DNA from: Dehalococcoidia bacterium
Lineage (GTDB): Bacteria; Chloroflexota; Dehalococcoidia; Bin125
Length of the DNA stretch: 64,000 nt
Assembly (NCBI GenBank): GCA_965203995.1
Contig: OZ241962.1
Coordinates: 1,610,311 to 1,674,310 of the forward strand
Direction: 5' to 3'
Part shown: in pieces, positions 26,118-34,386 of the stretch
Layout of the letters: every line of letters begins with the position of its first letter
Position numbering within the stretch: position 1 is the first letter of the stretch
The notes under the pieces: generated by a model
The model's database searches: none
Seen by the model: the letters and a program-made list of their open reading frames with translations, nothing else
What the model was told of the DNA's origin: nothing
Program-made: the position numbers and the translations under genes

Positions 26118-26147
26118 AAACAACCGCCGCTTGCCGGCGGCGGTTGT
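26118..26147. terminator. Candidate intrinsic terminator hairpin: a GC-rich 12-13-bp stem with a 4-nt loop, followed by a T-rich run.
   Basis: AACAACCGCCGC-TTGC-CGGCGGCGGTTGTT followed by CGGGTTCTT, in a lower-GC region with no convincing coding sequence (25.05-26.57 kb). Confidence 0.35.
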
Positions 26148-26574
26148 TCGGGTTCTTGAGAACCGCTGGTTGGGTATTCACCTCCAGCGTAACCCCAGGA
26201 ACCATTAGCAGTCAAGCACCGACTTAGGGGGCTCGGCCGCTGCATGATGGCCCGGCTATCCAGTCGATGGCAGCCGGGAAAACGAGCGAGGGTCGCTGTC
26301 GTGGCGTCGACAGCGACCCTGTAGCGCGGAGAGGTGGTGGCGCAATGAAGCGCACCATGTGAGGCCATACGACTGGGGTCGTGAGGATTCCTGCAAGGGT
26401 GAGACTCACGATCGAAGTCGTCAGACGCTGAACCGGCGAGCGGTCGGGCAACTCCTCCCAGAGCTGTCCGTCCACTCTCATCCAATCCGCAATGCAGAGG
26501 ATAGCGCAGGGGTCTGCGCTTAACTCAATCCATCTCTCGTAGACCAGAGAGATGGCTCCCAGAAAGGGAGACAA

Positions 26575-26889
26575 ATGTCCAACGAGACCGCCAATTGGGG
26601 CGGCTACAACTTCTCTGTCCATTCACCAGGTATTGCCTGGAACGATGTCCCGGGTGTCTACATCTTCGCCAGCCGCAATGCGGGCGGAGGGTGGAAAGCC
26701 TGGTACATCGGCGAGACGGATTCCTTCGCTCGCAGGATTCCCAACCATGAGCGCTGGGCAGAGGCCAGGCGCCGAGGGGCAACCCACGTTCACGCCATGG
26801 TGGAGTACAGTGCCAGCACTCGCTCGAACCTCGAGCAGTCGTTGATCCGTCGCTACAATCCCCCGCTGAACGTCCAGCATCGGGTGTAA
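26575..26889 (+). CDS. Small stand-alone GIY-YIG nuclease-domain protein, 104 aa.
   Basis: GIY-YIG motifs: GVYIFASRN (GIY) ... KAWYIGETDSFARRIPNHE (YIG, with Arg and Glu in the expected positions). Confidence 0.65.
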   Translation: MSNETANWGGYNFSVHSPGIAWNDVPGVYIFASRNAGGGWKAWYIGETDSFARRIPNHERWAEARRRGATHVHAMVEYSASTRSNLEQSLIRRYNPPLNVQHRV

Positions 26890-27073
26890 TCGACACCATT
26901 GGCGCCCACCCCCTGTTCCTACCTGGCAGGGGCGAGGGGTGGGCGTGGTCAACGAGGTGAAGAGTTACCACCAGCTTGACTAACTTGACGGGCTGTGACT
27001 GACTCCAGAGATCGCTCGCTCGGATCTCAACTTCAACTTCACGTAGGCGATCCCCCGGAAGGTTACTCGCCAC

Positions 27074-27797
27074 TAGGGCCTGTTCTCATCGCGGCGTAGG
27101 TCTGGCAGAGTGGAGTTGGTCGGCGGCGCAGCCCTGGTGACGAAATGAGCGATCAGAAGAAGCTGAGCGGCGCGCAGTATGCGCGGCTGGCCCCGTTGCT
27201 GTCGCCGCCGAGCAATCACCTCAAGATCTCCCACCGCCAGGTGCTAGGCGCCTGGCCCTACGTGCTCTACCAGGGCTGCACGTGGCGCGGCCTGGCGCGC
27301 GAGCTCGGCAACTGACGCACGATCTAGGTGCGGCTCAACTGCTGCGCCAAGACGGGCGTCTTGGAACGGCTGACGGCCGAACTGCAGCGCGAAGAGTTGG
27401 CAGGGGTGGACTTGGACACGCTCGCCCTGGACAGCACGATCGTCAAGTTCCACGCGCCTGGGACAGGCGCCCCGAGGAACAGGGGTGCCAGGCGATCGAA
27501 TGCTCGCGTAGCCTGCCCCCGGCTTGAACGGTTGCGGCCCGACCTGCATACTGCACCTGGTCGCGGCCGACGAGCTAGGCTATGAGCCCGTCGTCCCGCC
27601 CAAGTCCAATCAACGCTGACCCTGGACCTGCGACGCTCAGCACTACCGCCGGCGCAACGAGCTCGAACGCCTCTTCGGCCGGCTTAAGCGCTTCCGCCGG
27701 ATCGGCACCCGCTACGACAAACTCGATGTGATCTTCCTCAGCGGGATCTACCTGGCGCTGATCTACGACCTGCTGACTTCGATGCGAACAGGCCCTA
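27074..27797 (+). mobile_element. Degenerate, internally deleted IS5-family (IS427/IS1031-like) insertion sequence, about 724 bp. The transposase is pseudogenised.
   Basis: Terminal inverted repeats TAGGGCCTGTTC (27074-27085) and GAACAGGCCCTA (27786-27797), a 12/12 match. Transposase fragments in three frames: MSDQKKLSGAQYARLAPLLSPP...VLGAWPYVLYQGCTWRGL (N-terminus), VDLDTLALDSTIVKFHAPG, and RRRNELERLFGRLKRFRRIGTRYDKLDVIFLSGIYLALI (C-terminus). The DDE core is largely missing. Confidence 0.7.
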
Positions 27798-27973
27798 AAG
27801 ACCATCGTCGCCCGGCCAATCCCCAACCCATGGGCGCTGTCCTCAAGGAGGAACTTCTCGGCAGATCTAGGCAAAGCGGTCTCCGCGGTCCAAATCCAAT
27901 GGAAGCGGGGTTCACCTGATACCCAAGTCACGACCAAGCCATCTGCTCCCTCAGGCACAACGCTCGAACTCCA

Positions 27974-30900
27974 TTGTTGGTCCACCGATGCCCTTACGCT
28001 GCGGGAGTGACCTCGGTGCAGTACCTGAGCCGCGCTGCCTTAGTTCGACGAGCCGCCGAGCGATGGCGGAAGGATCTTGTCGACACCTCGGGACGGAATC
28101 GACTTCGCCGGTTCCGCGACCTCCGGACGGGAACGCTTGACCTCACGCCAGGACGTGCCGAATGCCTGGACCGCCGGGCGTTGGATCGGATGCTGGATGG
28201 CAAGGCTGTTACGCTTCACGATCTGTTTCCTGAGCCTCGGAACGATCCGGAAGACGCCTCAGCCTTTCTCGATGCCCGGCGTCGCCTTTCTGCCATCCAC
28301 AAGCGGGCGCTGACTGACGCGGAAGAGAAGGGGATCGACACCTGTTTCGCTGCGATTGGTCTGGCGACATGGAAGGTGGACCAGGGAGCGCCTCCGATTG
28401 CTCCAGTGCTGCTTCTCCCACTAGAGGTCGAAGCAAGCGGAGCGGCGGCACGTGATTTCATTATCCGGGTCTCGGGCGATGCCCATTTGAACCCCGTGCT
28501 CGGCCACATCCTGCGGACAGAACACGACATCCAGACCGAGGCTCTAGAGGCAGAGGTGGCGGAGGATCCTCCGGCGGATGTCAATCACTTCCAATCCTGG
28601 CTGGATGGGCTGTCGGAGACCTGGCACGATCTGCCTGAGTTGGCGATCGAACTTCGGGTGGTGGTCTCGACCTTCTCCTACTCGACCATGCCGTTGGTCG
28701 TTGACCTGGAGCAGAACGAAGGGCACTTCGCCGAGCACGACATCGTCGCTGCCGTGGCCGGCGACATAGAGGCACGAGAGCGCCTCGCTGTGCAGATCTG
28801 TGATCCTGCGCCCAATCAGCCCGACCTCGATCCACCGGCCGACGAGTTCCTGGTGCTCGATGCGGACTCCAGTCAGCATCGAGCGATCAACCGCGTGATC
28901 GGCGGGGAATCGCTTGTCATTCAAGGCCCACCTGGAACGGGAAAGTCGCAGACGATCGCCAACCTCGTGGCGGCCCTGATCGCCCGCGGCAAGCGAGTGC
29001 TCTTCGTCGCCGAGAAGCGAGCGGCAATCGAGGCAGTGACCAAGAGGCTGGCGCAGGTCGGACTCGATGATCTGGTGATGGACATGCACGGCGGCGTCAC
29101 CTCACGTCGGGAGTTCGCCCGCACGTTGGCAGCATCACTCGAGCTTGTCTCGCGCATTCCGGAGCCTGACTTCTCGGCGACGCACCGTCGCCTCAAGCTA
29201 CGGCGTGATGCCCTGATCCAGAACAATGCGGCGCTGCACGAGATTAGGGATCCATGGAAGCTCAGCGTGGACGAGATGCGCCAACGCGTCTTGGCTATCC
29301 CGGAGGAAGCGAGAACCGATCTCCGTCTGACGCGTCGCGCGGCGGAAGGTCTGGACGTCCAGAAGTTCGAGGAACTCGCTGGCGAGGTTGAGGAGTGGAT
29401 CGACCTTGGGGGACACGTGCTGCCGGACCGCCATCCAGAATGGTCGGAAAGCAAGATTGCCACAACGGAGGACGTGTTGAACGCTTCAGACTTGCTGAGC
29501 GATCTTCATGCGGATCGGCTCCCGGAGGCTCGGGAGGACCTCGCTGCAGCGCTCAACCACGTGGGCCTGGAGTTTCCAGCCAAAATCGGTGAATGGACCC
29601 CGGTCGTCGATTTCCTTCTGTCGATCGAATCGACGCTGGCTTCTTGGCATCCCGAGGTCTACCGGCTCGACCTCGAGGCGACGCAAACAGCCCTCGCGCC
29701 AATCGAGCGCGGCACGCTGCCGCGTTTCTTCGCTCGGCTGTTCAAGAGCGACTATCGCTCAGCCATGCGGGCCGTTCGAGGACTCCTAAAGGACTCCGCC
29801 AGCGTCCGGGACGCTGATGTCCTGGCACTCATCAATGAGGCGATTGAGCAGCGCGCTGAGTGGAGCCAACGTCAGAAGGACGATGGTGATCCACGCGCTC
29901 CTTCCGAACTGAGTCAAGTCAAGAGCGCGGTTGAAACGCTCATGGATGGAGTCCGGGACCTCGGGCAAGTCTTGGCGAGGGACGACCTCGACCAGCTCGG
30001 CCATCACGAGCTCGCCGAGTTGCTGGACGGGCTTGTGACCACGCTCAGCGTCGCGGCGAACCTCCCTCGAATACGCGAGCTGGAAGCAACGTTCGAGAGG
30101 CAGGGCGTCGAGCGGGTGACCAGGCAGGTAGGTCGAGAGATACCGGCCACCGCGGCCGGCGCGGCCGTGGAACACGCATGGCTGTGCAAGGTGTTGGAAG
30201 ATCTGGACATTCGGGACAAGACCCTGAGGTCGTTCGATGGTGCGCGACATTCGAGGCAGCGCGACGAATTCGTCGATACCGACCGAAAGCATCTCGCCTC
30301 AACGCCAATCAGGGTTAAGCGCTTGGTCGCCGAGTCGATCATCGAGACCATGGAACAGCACCCGAAGGAACGTGATCTGGTGCGCAAAGAAGCGGCCAAG
30401 AAGAGCCGTCATCTCAGCGTGCGCCAACTCTACGCCCAAGCTCCGCACATGTTGTCCGCCCTGCGACCGTGTTGGACGATGTCGCCCATCCTCGTGGCCG
30501 AGATGATTCCGCATGAACGCAAGCTGTTCGACGTCGCGATCTTCGACGAGGCATCTCAGATCCCGCCTGCAGAGGCGATCGGGTGCTTGGCTCGGGCGCC
30601 GCAGGTCGTGGTTGCCGGCGACAGTCATCAGCTGCCACCGACCACGTTCTTTGGCCGCCACTCCGAGGATGAAGAGGAAGAGGAGGGCGACCTCGCGCTC
30701 ACTCGCAATATCGAATCGCTGCTGGATGTCGCTGGCGCGCTGCTGCGCGACCAGATGCTGTTGTGGCACTACCGCAGTCGTGATGACCGCCTGATCGCGT
30801 TTTCCAACCGCCACATCTACGGCGGCGCGTTGACGGCGTTTCCCGGCGCGCTGGTGGACAGCCCGATCAGTTTTCAGCTGATTCCGTTCCGGCCCATCAC

Positions 30901-32056
30901 AGGAGTTAGGGGAACGCGATCCAATCCCGATGAGGCCAACGCTGTTGTGGATCTCGTGCTCGACCATGCCCAGAACACGCCAGAGGAAACGCTTGGCGTG
31001 ATTGCCTTCGGTCAGCGCCATGCCGACAACATTGACGATCTGCTGCACACGCGCCTCGGCGAGGTCAGCGATCCGGCGCTCGACAGGTTCTTTTCGGTAA
31101 CCAATGAGGAGCGGTTCTTCATCAAGAACATCGAGCGAGTTCAGGGGGATGAGCGGGACGCGATCATCCTCAGCCTGGGCTATCACAAGGACGAGAACGG
31201 CAACCTCCCGCTTCGCTTCGGTCCTCTCAACCAGGAGGGGGGCGAACGGCGCCTCAACGTCGCGGTCAGCCGGGCCCGCGCTCGCCTGAAGCTGGTCTCT
31301 TCCTTTTCGCATCACGACATCGCGCCCGGTCGAACGTCAGCCAAGGGCGTAGAGCTCCTCCGTCAATACATCGAGTTCGCCGCGTCAGGCGGCGAAGAAC
31401 TGGGGCCCGAGATCGACGGCGCCGCGCTCAACCCCTTTGAGTTGTCCGTGCAAGACGGCTTGGAGCGGCGAGGCATCCCAGTCGTCGCGCAGTACGGCGT
31501 TTCCGGTTATCGCATCGATTTCGCCTGTGCGCACCCAGATGAGCCCGGCAGGATGGTTCTGGCAGTCGAGGCTGACGGCGCGAGCTACCACTCCTCCGCC
31601 ACAGCCCGTGATCGGGATCGCCTGCGTCAACAGGTCCTAGAGGACAAGGGATGGCAGTTCCACCGGATCTGGTCGACAGAGTGGTTCCGTAATCGCGAGG
31701 CGGAATTGGACAAAGTAGAACAAGCATGGAAGAACGCCGTGGCAGCTTCCGCCTACTTTGAGGAGGGTGCGGCGCCTGAGAGAAAGACGCCGGCAGCAGC
31801 CAAGCCCGTGCTAGCTCGTGCCCGGAGACGGGGCCAGAGGCCTCTCGTACCCAGAAAAGGTGCACCGGGATACGCGACGATCAACGACTACTCGCCGGAA
31901 GAGCTTGTGATGTTGGCCCGGTGGATTCAGTCAGACACACTGCTGCGCACCGAAGATGAACTGAGGCGGGAGATGTTGGACGAGTTGGGGTTCAAGCAAA
32001 TGGGATCGCGGATCAGACGGGCGTTGACCCACGCTATCCAGCAAACGAGGCGTTAG
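27974..32056 (+). CDS. Hhe-like defense protein: a DUF4011 N-terminal domain, a Upf1/DNA2-like SF1 helicase (AAA_11/AAA_12), and a C-terminal Vsr/DUF559-like PD-(D/E)xK endonuclease domain. 1360 aa.
   Basis: DUF4011-like N-terminus (...WRKDLVDTSGRNRLRRFRDL...). Walker A LVIQGPPGTGKSQTIANLVAALIARGKRVLFVAEKRAAIEAV. Helicase motifs (DEASQI, VVVAGDSHQLPPT, LNVAVSRARARL). A C-terminal nuclease-like block YRIDFACAHPDEPGRMVLAVEADGASYHSSATARDRDRLRQQVLEDKGWQFHRIWSTEWF. Confidence 0.8.
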   Translation: MLVHRCPYAAGVTSVQYLSRAALVRRAAERWRKDLVDTSGRNRLRRFRDLRTGTLDLTPGRAECLDRRALDRMLDGKAVTLHDLFPEPRNDPEDASAFLDARRRLSAIHKRALTDAEEKGIDTCFAAIGLATWKVDQGAPPIAPVLLLPLEVEASGAAARDFIIRVSGDAHLNPVLGHILRTEHDIQTEALEAEVAEDPPADVNHFQSWLDGLSETWHDLPELAIELRVVVSTFSYSTMPLVVDLEQNEGHFAEHDIVAAVAGDIEARERLAVQICDPAPNQPDLDPPADEFLVLDADSSQHRAINRVIGGESLVIQGPPGTGKSQTIANLVAALIARGKRVLFVAEKRAAIEAVTKRLAQVGLDDLVMDMHGGVTSRREFARTLAASLELVSRIPEPDFSATHRRLKLRRDALIQNNAALHEIRDPWKLSVDEMRQRVLAIPEEARTDLRLTRRAAEGLDVQKFEELAGEVEEWIDLGGHVLPDRHPEWSESKIATTEDVLNASDLLSDLHADRLPEAREDLAAALNHVGLEFPAKIGEWTPVVDFLLSIESTLASWHPEVYRLDLEATQTALAPIERGTLPRFFARLFKSDYRSAMRAVRGLLKDSASVRDADVLALINEAIEQRAEWSQRQKDDGDPRAPSELSQVKSAVETLMDGVRDLGQVLARDDLDQLGHHELAELLDGLVTTLSVAANLPRIRELEATFERQGVERVTRQVGREIPATAAGAAVEHAWLCKVLEDLDIRDKTLRSFDGARHSRQRDEFVDTDRKHLASTPIRVKRLVAESIIETMEQHPKERDLVRKEAAKKSRHLSVRQLYAQAPHMLSALRPCWTMSPILVAEMIPHERKLFDVAIFDEASQIPPAEAIGCLARAPQVVVAGDSHQLPPTTFFGRHSEDEEEEEGDLALTRNIESLLDVAGALLRDQMLLWHYRSRDDRLIAFSNRHIYGGALTAFPGALVDSPISFQLIPFRPITGVRGTRSNPDEANAVVDLVLDHAQNTPEETLGVIAFGQRHADNIDDLLHTRLGEVSDPALDRFFSVTNEERFFIKNIERVQGDERDAIILSLGYHKDENGNLPLRFGPLNQEGGERRLNVAVSRARARLKLVSSFSHHDIAPGRTSAKGVELLRQYIEFAASGGEELGPEIDGAALNPFELSVQDGLERRGIPVVAQYGVSGYRIDFACAHPDEPGRMVLAVEADGASYHSSATARDRDRLRQQVLEDKGWQFHRIWSTEWFRNREAELDKVEQAWKNAVAASAYFEEGAAPERKTPAAAKPVLARARRRGQRPLVPRKGAPGYATINDYSPEELVMLARWIQSDTLLRTEDELRREMLDELGFKQMGSRIRRALTHAIQQTRR

Positions 32057-32399
32057 GACGAGATCCGGTCTGGTGTTCGCAGGTCTCGGACTAAGCAGTG
32101 AACAGGGATGAACGAGGTTCGACGCAGATCCAGGTGTCCGCAACAGGTTCTCCGTGATTGCGCTCAAGTAATCTGACAAGGCTGTGTGGTTGGACAACAA
32201 CCGAACATTCCTGTGGGACGAAGGGGGCGCTCCCATCACCGAGACTCGCCCGAGACTCCTTACTCGGCTTGCACGTCTGTGTGGGAGCTGACAAAGGGGG
32301 CGTGGTCGCGCGCCGGATTGCGCGCGGTTCCCATTCGAGGAAGAACGGCAGAGCCGACACTAGCGCCGACCCGCAGCGTAGCGAGACCCTGCGGCATCA

Positions 32400-33998
32400 C
32401 TAGTGCTTCGAATCCGCGACGATGACCTCGACGTATCCAAGCAGCGCGGTCGGTTGGCGGTATGTGTCGTCGGTGCACCTGGTGGTGACCTCAACGCGGA
32501 CGCGGCCCGGCGCGGTCGGCACGCCTTGCAGGTAGATGCTTCTTGTTTCAGGGCCGGACGCCTCACCAATCTGCAGGCCGTTCCAGTGTCTACCCGCGCC
32601 GATCGTGAACGACCCCTCCAATCCGTAAGCGGAGGTCGTCAACGTGCCGTCCGTGTACTGGGACGTCACATAGCAGTTCGGTTGGCGAATGATCGAGACC
32701 TCGGAACTCCATGGATAAGCTTCTCCGACCACCAGCTCTGTCGTGCCGAGATGTAGTTCGGGGGGAATCGGTTCGTGATCGGACGGTAGCTGCGGAGCCG
32801 GCTGACTCAGCAACCGCAGGACCGTTTGCGTGCGCTCGGAGACCGGCTCGACCTCGATCGGATCGCCCACGGGGACGTGGTAGTCGCGAGCCAGTTGGCG
32901 GGCGAACTCTGCATCGAACTCAGGGGCGTATCGTTCCAGGAGCATCAGGAACGTAGCGGCGGCGCGTTCGCCGTGTCCGGGATCTGGGTGAACGAGCAGG
33001 CGGGCCAGCTCCAGCAGGATGCGGGTCATACCCGGATGTCGGCTCCACACCGTTCGTTGAGCGACGTCCAACCAGACGTCTCCGTGAGCGGGCATCGAGA
33101 ACCTGACCGGCGCGACGCGCCCGGCGAACAGGTCCTCAAGGATGTCGTCGAACCACCTTTGCGCGGCCCGGGCATAGGCTTCCCGATCCGGCAGCAGATC
33201 GCGTCCCGCCTCCTCGAACCCGCGCACGGCGGGATGACCGAACACGAGCTCTGACCGCACAGTGTGGAACCAGTCCTCGAATCGATAGCGTCCGACCTCG
33301 GGCCCGGTCCCGGCAACGGGGTGGTAGAAGCTGCGGCTGCTTCCGCCCGTTGGCGCCTGAATCAAGACGTCGTGCCGCAACCAGAGACCCGGAGGCCGGC
33401 TGCGCAGGGTGATTTCACCCCATCGATTCGGATAGCTCTCACCGAGCGACTCGGGCGTGTATCCGACGTGGATCCAGTTGTCCTCGCCGTCGATCACGAG
33501 TGTGCGAGACACGAAGTAGATGGTGAAGTCAGGGTTTGTGACGGTGCGATCGACCTCGTAGATTCGACCGGGACCGGCGCACGGGTAGCCCTGAACACTG
33601 ATTGACGTGCTCCCATCCTGTAGTGCGATCTCCCGGTCGCGCGAATCCCTGACTACGATTCGATCGTCGAACGCGGTGATGTAGAGCGAGGATTCGCGGT
33701 CCGGCCAGAGGATTGAGCTGTCTCCCGCGTCCATCAGCAGTCCATCGTCGAGCAGCTCGCCGGTCAACAAACGAATCTCACCGCGCGCGGCGGCAGCGCT
33801 CAGACAGGCTGAAAACTCCACCTCGGACGCACTGCCGGGGATGCCATCGGCGTATCCGAGCCACCGTTGACCGTCGAAGCACCACGCTGGAACCGGCGAC
33901 GGTGCTTCGCCAACCGTTGACCCCAAGCCAATGCCGGCGAGCAAGCCGCACAGCGCGATGACTCCCAGCAGGAACCAGCGGCCTGCTACACGCTGCAT
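32400..33998 (-). CDS. Secreted hypothetical protein, 532 aa.
   Basis: N-terminal signal/TM segment WFLLGVIALCGLLAGIGLG. No recognisable domain. Confidence 0.4.
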   Translation of the reverse strand: MQRVAGRWFLLGVIALCGLLAGIGLGSTVGEAPSPVPAWCFDGQRWLGYADGIPGSASEVEFSACLSAAAARGEIRLLTGELLDDGLLMDAGDSSILWPDRESSLYITAFDDRIVVRDSRDREIALQDGSTSISVQGYPCAGPGRIYEVDRTVTNPDFTIYFVSRTLVIDGEDNWIHVGYTPESLGESYPNRWGEITLRSRPPGLWLRHDVLIQAPTGGSSRSFYHPVAGTGPEVGRYRFEDWFHTVRSELVFGHPAVRGFEEAGRDLLPDREAYARAAQRWFDDILEDLFAGRVAPVRFSMPAHGDVWLDVAQRTVWSRHPGMTRILLELARLLVHPDPGHGERAAATFLMLLERYAPEFDAEFARQLARDYHVPVGDPIEVEPVSERTQTVLRLLSQPAPQLPSDHEPIPPELHLGTTELVVGEAYPWSSEVSIIRQPNCYVTSQYTDGTLTTSAYGLEGSFTIGAGRHWNGLQIGEASGPETRSIYLQGVPTAPGRVRVEVTTRCTDDTYRQPTALLGYVEVIVADSKH

Positions 33999-34386
33999 CC
34001 GTTGACTCCCTCTGGCGGTGCTGCCACAAGCTCCTGCGACACTGCGTCAACCTCGTCCAGGACCGGGAGCCGCCTCCGGGCGGGCGCCGGGGTACCTCGG
34101 ATCCAACGACGAGGCATGAAGGCGTGGCGGGTTGCCCCGTGTGTAGGGGGATCAGTCCATCGGGCAGAGTGCCAACAACTCCGCGTCGAAACTCTGTTGT
34201 CGGGGTCTTCCCGCGCAACAAGTGTGTGCCCGCGTAACTGCGCGTTCGATCTCCGGTGCGAGAGGGGCTCCGGCCGAGCCGCACCGATGACGCTGGGGAT
34301 TGACGGCAGTGATGTCGTTACAGGACGGTCCCGCAGGTCCGCTGCGGAGCGGTTCAGGCCGGGAGTGTCTGCGCCGGGCTGGCCGC

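Noticed and set aside
25050-26570. Assorted ORFs of 60-190 aa (for example 25074-25646 minus strand and 25818-26084 plus strand) in the lower-GC gap.
   Set aside because: They have no motifs and inconsistent coding signal. The region looks like degraded or non-coding cargo. Only the hairpin terminator is reported.
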